NCBI RefSeq assembly: GCF_964204645.1
Contig: NC_134036.1
Span: forward strand, 5,548,600-5,612,599
Length of the DNA: 64,000 nucleotides
From: Tubulanus polymorphus
Lineage: Eukaryota > Animalia > Nemertea
Direction: 5' to 3'
Position numbers and translations under genes: made by a program. The first letter of the stretch is position 1, and every line of letters begins with the position of its first letter. The notes beneath the pieces were generated by a model. That model had not been told where the DNA came from. It searched no databases and saw nothing but the letters and a program-made list of their open reading frames with translations. Shown here piece by piece: positions 53,882-64,000 of this stretch.

Positions 53882-55695
53882 CTAAGATATGATTTGCAGG
53901 TGGACCACAACAGCGGAAGCTGCCATGTGTAACGTGCCATTTTCATCGACTGGAACTTTTCCCAGATAAACACCGAGCGCGTCGTCCATGAACTCGGCTA
54001 GTTTCGATTCGGGAATTCGTTTTACGTGCGGTAAAATTGCGCCGAACCATTCTGAAAAAAATAACACGATATGTAATAATAGTAGAACGTTCTTTGTTTC
54101 GCTATCATCGAAGTATGGTTAAAATCATTGTCACGGTCCAAATAAGGCCCGGAACAATTAACTCGAGCTTGATTCGTTCCAATTCGCGGCCCGGACCAAA
54201 TCGTCTCCGTGTGACCGCGCCTGAAGTCTCGCGACGCCAACGGGTCCGGAAAACAAATGAGGGAGGATGTTTTCAGTTATGGTTCACTAACGTTTTGCAG
54301 ATTCGCGATCGGAAAATGTGTAATCACGAGTTGTGATTTCACAACGTTTAACAGCGAACCCCAATGATTCAGCCATTCGGCGATATCCACTGACTATATT
54401 TGGAGACCTCCATTCACTGTATTCCTCCCAGCTCGGCTCCAACGACCAGTCCGGTGTAAATCCCTACAGAAAAATAACTCGTCATTAGATCTGACTATGA
54501 AATTAAAAACCTTTCAAAAATGAATGTCCTTATAAGGTAATGCATCATTCGAAAGATAAAATTGCTCTATCAACATTTTTTATAGCATATTTAAATCGTA
54601 AATCGGTCGAACGGTTAAGCTGCTAGCTTTGGAGAGAACCGTCATTATCAACATAATCTGCACTCAGATGGTTACAACATTTCACACTGATGAATGAGTC
54701 ATACCTGGAAATACGGAGACCATTTTTCCAATTTGTCTACATCGCACATGTGAACCATCATTGATGACGTAATCAGCACGAGGACGACTTCCCCGTTAAC
54801 GGAGAGTAGACGTTTTATATTTTCCAAGTTCTTATATTGATTCGGAGTCCAGTGAAGAACCATGAACGACGTGACCAAGTCGAATTTCCGTCGCCAGTCC
54901 GCTCCGTACGAGTCGGGATCGGTCAAGTCGGCGACCAGGTATTCGATTTTAGGATTCGGATTTTTCGAACGGGCGAAATCGACCATAGATTCGTACTGGA
55001 ATGCGATAGTAAAACAAACTATATAGATAAATAAACGCGATGTTTTTTTTTCAATCCAGAATCAAATTCATTTTTCATTCATTGCTCGCGCATTTAGCAG
55101 GTCGGCCATTTTATGGTACAGCAAACATACAGCAAACATGCACACAAATTTTACCTCCCGTATAGAGACCACGGTGGGATCCCGGTTTGGCCATTGGCCG
55201 AAATCCCTGAGTTAGCTGATGTTTCCTTGTTACAACCAAAAGATTTATTTTTTGAATCGGAGAAATATCTAGGCCCGAAATATTACAATCCATTTATTTG
55301 AATGAGGTAAGGCAAAGTGATACAATATAGCACTCTAGCTGAATTCCCTGCGTTTAGCAGGTTTTGGTTAAGTTTGTCAAATTTGTCAAACCTGTGTCAA
55401 TGCTGATTGGGCTAACGTAGGGTAACCTCTGAGCTGATGAACGATGCAGCTATGATATAACCCCCCCCCCCATCTGACCAACAAAGCAGACTGTATTTAC
55501 CTTATCAAAAGCGGTAAGATGTTCGACGTTGTCCAATTTACTCAGTATGGTATTAGTGACTTCACCGCTACCGCAGCCTATATCCAATACATTACTGTAA
55601 CCACCCGGCTTGAAATCAATGGTCGATAAAATATTAGCGGCCCAATTTCTGTTGCCGTCGCTAGCATTCGAATAAAGTTCCGCGTTCGGATTCAT
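53882..55695 (-). CDS. MT6: JHAMT-like methyltransferase; exons 55501-55695, 54705-54995, 54292-54463, 53882-54051
   Basis: Intact copy with SPD>SPN in exon 3 and YMG>YLG in exon 4. Confidence 0.92.
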
Positions 55696-57032
55696 TCTGT
55701 ATCTTCCGCAAGCAAGAACTTTAGATTGAATTAGATCGAGCGAAAATGTTCGAGATCTCGCGGAAGTGAAGAACAGAACCGCGATTACGAGTAAGAGTTT
55801 ATGCGGGCGGTTTTGTGATTTTTTACGTTCTCTATAGAGAGCCGCTTTCAAAACGGATCGTGGCAATATAACGTAAGTTTCTATTGCGGTCGGGGAATAA
55901 AAAGTAGCGTTTGAATCGAAATGTCAACATAACTCTATTGATTTCCTTTCAAGAGGAAAGACTTGTCGCTTGTCTATTGAAACCATTCTTTAGAGATTTA
56001 TTCGGCGTTATTAGGTAAAAAAAAAAAACATGACTGATATAATCTCGGAATTGGGACGAGCAAACGTATAAGACGAAGAATCGATTTTATCGATTAGAAT
56101 ATAGGTCAATAAATGTCTAGACTAATTCTTGAACGTCTAGCAACGTGAAAATATTATCACTATATCGCTATAAGCACGCGTCGGTGTGAACCGATGTACT
56201 ACTCTGGATTTGCATACGCGAAACACTACTTGCTCCTCGAAATCTAAAAAGAATGACAGTTATAGAAACTACAAAAGAATACTGACGTTTTGACTCAATT
56301 CTATGCGAAAAAAAACTAGTCCTACCGTCGGTGTTTTACTCCGTAATCGAGGGATTTAATTTTCAATCGAATTATAGAAATTCGATTTAATTTCGATGCG
56401 CTTATAACGATGACGTAGTACACAGCGACTCACACAGAACCCGCAGACAACGCGGACTGGACATCGATGTGTGTAAACATTATTGTAACGGTTTTTAAGG
56501 CGACACAAATAGGACGCGAACAAAACGAATGCACGCCTATTTGAACAGAGCTTACATTATGCAAACTAATGCAAATCCTGTAGAATAGATGAGGCGATAA
56601 TATGCGTCAGCTCGAAATCTGTTCTCGGTAAATACATTTCATATGCGTCAGCTCGAAAATATTCATCTTTTTCCTGCATTCGCACTGGTCGGCCGTACTT
56701 TCTCGAAAACCTTTCTATTTTCCTTGTAAAAGACATAAAATCCGTGTATAGTTCTTTTTCGTTTTATTGTGTATCTTAAAGTCTCTTATGATGTCGATTT
56801 GAAAATAGACTTCTTGAAGTAAATACTTGACTTTCTATAAACCTCGTCTCGAATTGATAGAATTACAATTTCATTAAAAATTTAGATTTCTCCTATAAAA
56901 AGGGGCGCATCGATCTATCTCGATCTATCCAAAAATGGGAGAAACGGAACGATAAAAAGATGTTAAACATTTTTCTTTTGTTTTTATTTGAAGTAACCAG
57001 GATTAAACTAGATAGATTGGTGTATCGATTTT

Positions 57033-58306
57033 TTAGAAGTTCAAAAGAAAGTTGAAATGGCCCGTTGAACATCTATCGATACAACGCGCATACAAACAGT
57101 TTCTCTTGCATACTCTGTACTTAGGATCATCCCAACGAAGATGAGGGCAGTCTCGCTTGCAACCTTCGTTGCACAAGAAACACATAAATGAAAATGAATC
57201 AGTGACCATCAGCAAAACTAAAACTACCACATACTGAAAATAAAGGAAATCATCAAGCGATGTACGTTTTCTGAGAACATTGTTTATCCAAATAAAACTC
57301 GATTGTTAACATGTTTCAATTCATACACAAATGGATGCAGAAACGGAAGAGTGCCGATGCGAGGAGAGGAGTCCACTCTGGCCTGGTGGGCACAAAGTCA
57401 TGAGGATTCTACCCGTAGTAGATGATCATCCACCAGATGTATCACTTATGTACAGCAGATAATCAATTGCTGCGGCAACGACGGCTTTAACTCACGGCGA
57501 AATAGGATTCACCAGGTGTCGCTGGCAGAACATCGATGACAGGATAAAGCAGATTTCGAAATTCATGTTTGGCGATCAAGAGCTAGAGGTAGTTGAGGAT
57601 TATGTATTGCTTGGAGTGAAATTTAACTGGACTGGTAGCTTTACAAAATCAAGAAAATACCCTTATGATAAAGCAACGAGAGCTATGTTTTCGATCGTTC
57701 AAAAAGGTTGGCGCTTCAAACTTCATGTAGATGTTGTGTTCAAGCTATTTGATATGTGTGTCGCTCCTATCGCTATGTATGGATGCGAGGTTTGGGGGTT
57801 ATGAAAATCTTGATTTATTAGAGGATCTCCACACCATATTTGGACACAACAATTTATGGCGAACAGTAGGACCTTCTCAAGTCGAATAAAACACACTCTT
57901 CGTGATCAACACCTTCGAAATACCGTTTCAAAAGTAGATGCTAATCCGATATACATTAATTTTATGCAATACAAAAATGATATTGAATTAGAAAGGTATA
58001 TTAGTGAACTTGACGAGGATTTAGTCCCCCCCCCCCCCCAAATAATAAGTATATCGTAAATAGAGTATGAATATATTATCAATGATTTTGTTATATTTTG
58101 AAGACAAGTTTATATTCTCTGTTAATTGTAAATATTGTATACTTTTTATAAGTCTCCCTCCATGTACCATAGAAATGGTACATGGAGCGGTGAATAAAAT
58201 CCTAATCCTAATCCTAATCATAATCCTTGCTGTGGAAATAGAGGACTCGACGACAGTTTTACAAACAAGAACTATCAAAACGTTAATGCATTACCTTTGA
58301 AGACAT
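57033..58306 (-). CDS. Peptide B4 (same protein as B2); exons 58295-58306 and 57033-57233
   Basis: Identical protein to B2; conserved splice sites. Confidence 0.85.
57538..58227 (+). mobile_element. LINE 3' fragment in the peptide B4 intron (shortest copy)
   Basis: Carries an extra ~250-bp deletion at ~58025 next to the poly-C tract. Confidence 0.8.
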
Positions 58307-59926
58307 TTTCCGCGAGTACGTGTACAACGATGCGACCAGACGATAGCAGTGTATACAGCGAGAAATAATATTCGATTAAACTATCTAAATAATGCAGACG
58401 TTTCAATTGGGTTCAATTCTCTTTGTCTCTATCACTCAGACGCACTAGAATCGGTATCGTATATCACCATCGCCCGATATCATATGTATTGCAGTTTAGC
58501 AGCTGTGTTAGGAGTGTTAAGAATTTTTCTTTGTTTTCGATTTAGAAATACTAAACAATTTAAACTATAAGTATAGATTCTAAAGATACGTCTTCTAGAT
58601 AAGAGTGATGTAGTTCTCAAACCTACGAATTCATCGAAATTGCGATGGTCGTCATTTGTAAATGATTGGAATTTTACAAATCGCTGGCTTCATTGAGAAT
58701 GAGAAAAGTCGTCATTACTATATAATCATAATCTAATGGAATCATTTCGAATCACGAAAGCCATAGTAAACTAGAGAGTCGTCATGGACACTTAACAATA
58801 TTTTACAGAATGAATCGTTGACATAATCGAAAACGATAAATTCGCAGAAAACCCAGTTATTTGTCTGATGATTTTTCTTTTCTTTCCCTTTTTCAGCATG
58901 CGAGGATCCATAAAGTGTATATACATTCGTCTAACAGCTTGTAATCGTAATTAAACTCTTGCAGAAATAAAACCGACGCCCTCGAAGCAAAACATCATAT
59001 GTACATACAGCTCATCCTATTTTTACGTAGTACCGGTAACTTACAGAGAACACCGTCAAGAAATAAAGAACTGCCGTGGATCACTTGACATTTGTGTAGA
59101 TTCTCGTGTACGGTTACGTTGTAACGTCATTTTCATGTCAAAGAAATGTCCAAACCAGGTATCTATTTCAGAAACATTCTCCATTTACTGTGATTATGAA
59201 ATCCAGTTCGAAAACCGCAGCAATGAATTTTTAGTTCGAATGTGAACAGGAGCGGGAACTCGATTAATCGCTGCTTTGCAACTACTAGATTTCAGTCTTC
59301 GTTTATGAGTCCATATTTCATTTTCCTTCCATTAGTGGAACTAGCAGTATCAAATACAATTGTTTTAAATCTAAGCCTATATTTATTGAGAATATTACGG
59401 AATACCATATCTTCAGCCAGTCTGTAGAAACCCTTTGATGCTGTTTTGCAGCTATATTTGTTTTCCCCATTCATTTCCTTTTTTACATTACTGCCTATCG
59501 CTTCTGCATTCTGAGAACTGCGATGTCACTATAGACGAAGGGTGAACGAATACTTTGTAAAAACCGCTTATAACTCCTATTATTTCTGCAAAATTAATAA
59601 TACTCACTTTTCACAGCTGATTAATTTCACTGCTTATGATAACATTTGACGGTAACATACGATACCGGTTCGAGTACGTATGAGTGATAGAGGGTGTTTG
59701 AACAGCTAAAACATCTGCATCAATTCAAAATTTGTATTGATTATGAACTGTCACTCGGTCTCGGGCTCTCTCCGTTCCTGTTCAACCTGCCAACGTGTTG
59801 ATATGCGTGAAGTAGAATAGAAATATACACCACATCGACTGCACCAATGCGAGAAATCTACGGAAGAACATACTAACATATTTACATACTTACCCTGGTG
59901 TCGTGCTAATCGATTCAATGAGTCGT

Positions 59927-60100
59927 TTAGTTGAGCCTTTCGATACGCAGGTAATCGTACAAAAATCTAATTAAAGCGATCTCACCACTACCGCAGCCTA
60001 AATCCAATACATTCCTGTAACCAATGGTCGATAAAACTTTAGCGGCCCAACTTCTCGTGCCAGCGCTAGCATTCGAATAAAGTTCCGCGTTCGGATTCAT
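59927..60100 (-). pseudogene. Methyltransferase exon 1 relic
   Basis: Copy of 47527-47700. Confidence 0.85.
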
Positions 60101-62527
60101 TCCGGTGCTTTCTTATTCGTGCGCGAACGTATTGCTAAGATTGCGCGAATTGTTTCGAAATCTTGCAGTAGTGAAAAAAATGAACTATCAACGCGTTCAT
60201 GCATTATACGTTTGGAGAAATGTTTCTCCGATTCTCAAGATCTCGGCTCAATAGCGTTTGCAAAGTCCACAGAATTCTATTCAACCACGTGTACGTGTAC
60301 AATATCGTCCAATAATGTAACATCGTAATGAAAATAAATTTCAATTTCAATTTCAATTTTACAACGGTGCGACCAGACGATTTATATAGAGAGAAATGGA
60401 TATTTAATCAAACTGTTGAAATAATGCGGCTGATTCGATTGCTTTCAATTCTCTTTAGCTCTATTACTCAGACGTACTCAAATCGGTATCGTGCATCATA
60501 TGTGCTAGGTGCATTAACAGTTTTGTTTGTTTCCAAGTTATAAATACGAAATCGTTTAAACTATCATAATAAATTCTTAATCACACGTCTACTAAAGCGG
60601 CATAATTCTGGAATCTCTGAAACCGTCGAGACGGAGACGGTCGTCATTAAGTAATTGATTCCTCGTTTACAAAATTGTTGAAGTTTTGAGAATTGAACGA
60701 CTGAGTGATAGAAGGAACATCTGTGTAATTTCATCATTTTAACTAAAATATAAAGTCTCCGCTCGAGAAAGGGCTGACTTTTATAGACACATTTGTTTAC
60801 GTACATGTCGGAATTTCAAACGTTGTAAACATTTCAACTAAAACGCGCCATAGCCTTACAAAGGCTTATAGGATATACACGAAAGTATCAAAGTCGTTAC
60901 ATGTTACTCATGGCAGACATGTTTAGGGTAATGGTACTAATCTGCTGGTTTTAGTAGTAGGAGCTCCCATATGTTTAAATTCATTAGGTTCTGTTTTGCG
61001 CAATTATTCATCAACTTTTTGCGTACATTCTCGAGGCAGGCAGAGTTAAAAACCGATTCGCATAGATCCTCCAACAGCCTCTGGGGTGTTTTCTCTTTTC
61101 ATGGAAATGGAAGATTATTGTTAGACGTCGGCTGTATCGTCGAGGGAAATACGCCAACACGAGACTTATGTCGTCAAAACGAGAATAAAGTCGTGAAAAT
61201 GAGAATTAAGTCGTCAAACCGAGATTAAACTCGTCAAGTCAAGAATAATGTCTTCAAAACGAGAATAAAGTCGTTGAAATCGAGAATAACCTCGTCAAAA
61301 CGACAAAAAGTCACCAAAAAAAAACAAATTAGATGCTGCTTCTACGGCGTTAGAAGCATCATTGGTTATAATATCGTTAAGAGCCCTCTCGTCGAGGGGG
61401 CCCAAAGATGAAACAGACATAGAGATGCTTAAGGTTATCACCTGCCATAATGATTTAGTCACGATCCATCGTGGTTAGTAATTCGGTCACAATAAAAGGG
61501 TTTAATACGCTTCGTGAAATCGATCCACGATCAGTAAAAGTAATACGTTCAAATATCAATTACTGCACACAATCTGATAGAAATTACTGCCTTTACCTTT
61601 TGATTATCTTCAATTTCTGTCGTTGTCCCGATAGGCCTCTCGTACTGTACAGCGCATTGCTATATTTTTCTTTTTTTTCGATTGGTACCTGTATAAAGCA
61701 AAATAATATGATCTTAAAAATATATGTGTGGTATTGGTTACGCTGAACATCCAAAATCATGGTCTCATTTTTGAATTTAAAAGTCAAGTTAAATCCTATC
61801 TTATAAATTTAAATTACAATAAATAAGAACTGGGTGCAGTCCACAGAGTTTAGCAGTTTCGAGAAAGACGGATTGATTTGGAGTTAACTCGATGAAAATC
61901 GACTGGTTTTTTTACTTCAGCATTTTTCTAACAGCGTTACAACCGGGTTCTTTTCTGGTTCTCACAAAAAATGATCATATCCTAAACCGATTTGAGATCA
62001 ACGGAATCGATGAATGAATCCAATCGATTCCTTTTTAGGTAGACCTTTTTGGTGAAACTGGACCCAGAGTGTACATTCAGCTCATCCCCGTGACGTTCGA
62101 ACTCGAACGCGATTAACTAGTTATCTGTTTTCGTCAATAATTTCTTGATCAAATGCGTCAGCTCGAAAATATGCATATTTTATTCTGTATTCTCACTGGT
62201 CGGTAGTACTTGAAGTACCTTTGTATTTTTCTTTGTAAAATACATACAATCAGTGTATAGTTCTGTCCCATTGCATTGTTTAATTTTATAGTCTCTTATG
62301 ATGTCTAATTGAAAATACTTATATTAAAAATAAGTAAAACACTTGACTTTGTATACCCCTCGTGTCGACACGTGGAATAATTCCATTTCAATTTCAATTA
62401 CTCTGACAAAACGGGGCCATCGATCTATTTCCCTTCACCGAGGAATCATAATCGTTCGCGTCGAATAGAAAAAAAACAAAAATCGAGAAACGAAACGAAA
62501 CGAAACAAAACGAGACGAAAATAGATG

Positions 62528-62888
62528 TTAAACATGTTTTAATTTAAAGTCACCAGGATTATACCCTCGATAGCGAATCTTCCAGTCTGACCCACAACCA
62601 GGACACATCCGAACCTCACACTTTGCCTTGCAATCTTTATACTTAGGAAAATCGTAATTATAATAAGGACTGCAGTAGCCGCAGTTCCTGTTGACGCAAA
62701 GGGAACACATGAAAAACCCACTTGAATTAGCAAAACCAGTGACCATCAAAACAAAAAATAACAGATACTGAAAATAGAATAAATCAGGTGTTGTACATTT
62801 CTGTGAAAAGTACGTTATTCATACAAAAAATACACGATCCCTAAAGTGTTTCAATTCACACATACACACACGCACGCACGCACGCACG

Positions 62889-62920
<32 letters not shown>

Positions 62921-63235
62921 TGAATGCGTAAACGGAAGAGGACTGAGGCGAGGAGAAGACTCCGCTGTGGCCTGATAGCCACACGGTGATTCAACCCGTG
63001 GTAGATAAGGATCAACCATTGTTTTACTTGTGTGCAGTAGATCATACTACTGCGACAACACAGGCATTAACCCACGGCGAAACGGGATTCACCATATGTC
63101 GCTAGTGTGCGGTAAAACGTGGCCTACTGCGCAACGGGATGTTTAGCTCAGGACGTGACCGGGTGTCGCTAGCGAATATATATTTATAGAAATATAAATT
63201 ACAAACAAGAACTATGCATTTACCTTCGATGACAT
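62528..63235 (-). CDS. Peptide C4 (same protein as C1); exons 63224-63235 and 62528-62767
   Basis: Copy of C3 at an offset of 12400 bp. Confidence 0.85.
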
Positions 63236-64000
63236 GTTTCTCCGATTCGCTAGATCTCAACTCAAACGTGTTTGTGAAGTCTACAAATTCCTTCTGACAA
63301 CCGCGTGTACGTGTACAACGGTGCGACCAAACGATAGCGGTTTATATGGAGAGACATAATATTTTGATCGAACTATTGAAATCAAGCAGACGTTTCAATT
63401 GGGTTCAATTCTCTTTGTCTCTATCACTCAGACGCACTCGAATCGGTATCGTATATCACCATCGCCCGATATCATATGCGTTAAATTTTAGCAGCTGTGT
63501 TAGGAGTATTAAGAATTTTTCGATGTTTCCGAGTTAATTATACTAAACATTTTAAACTATTATCATATGTTCTTCAATAGCCGTCTTCTAGATAAGAGTG
63601 ATATCGTTCTCGAATCTTCGAATTCATCGAGACTGCGACGGTCGTCATTTGTAAATGAGTTGAATTTTACAAATCGCTGGCTTTATTGTTATTGAGAAAA
63701 GTCGTCGCTATATAATCATAAAATCTAATGGAATCATATTGAATCAAAAAAGCCACTGTGAAGATCGTCGTAGTTATTTCACAGAGTAGTTGACGTATTC
63801 GAAAACGAGAAATTCGCAGAAAACCCAGTTATTTTTGGTTATTTCGCGCAGCTTCTTAACGTTGTATTAGATTATGGCTGGAATATAACAAGGCTCTTTG
63901 AACGAGTGAATTCTATGTACACAGTCCATCCTATTTTAAAGCAGTTACTGAGAACAGAAATAAAACCGTGGATCACTTGATATTTGTGTAGGAAATCTCG

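Larger units (their letters stand above)
1..64000 (-). repeat. Segmental tandem array with a ~34.25-kb higher-order unit (MT-A)(MT-B-psi-C)(MT-B-C)
   Basis: Offsets: MT1>MT4 34255, A1>A2 34247, MT2>MT5 34265. MT start-to-start spacings are 7.7, 14.6, 12.0, 7.7 and 12.9 kb. Confidence 0.9.

Overview
AT-rich eukaryotic DNA with GT-AG introns and no obvious CpG depletion; most likely an invertebrate animal (inference). The whole window is a tandem array of two gene types, all on the minus strand. (1) Six near-identical copies, the first cut by the window edge, of a 4-exon, ~275-aa class I SAM-dependent methyltransferase (MT) of the JHAMT-like family. (2) Ten copies of a 2-exon gene for a small, signal-peptide-bearing 8-Cys peptide, in three diverged types (A x2, B x4, C x4). 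The ORF track misses or mis-starts these because exon 1 encodes only MSST/MSSK. Plus-strand order: MT1-A1-MT2-B1-psi-C1-MT3-B2-C2-MT4-A2-MT5-B3-psi-C3-MT6-B4-psi-C4, i.e. a ~34.25-kb higher-order repeat built from a [peptide gene -> MT gene] module. The MT copies are homogenised, whereas the mature peptides are hypervariable between fixed cysteines. The Cys spacing suggests a disulfide-laddered helical hairpin, reminiscent of nemertean neurotoxin B. Spacers hold a LINE 3' fragment, MITE-like elements and collapsed relics of another module. Gene models were spliced and translated by hand; no database searches were run.
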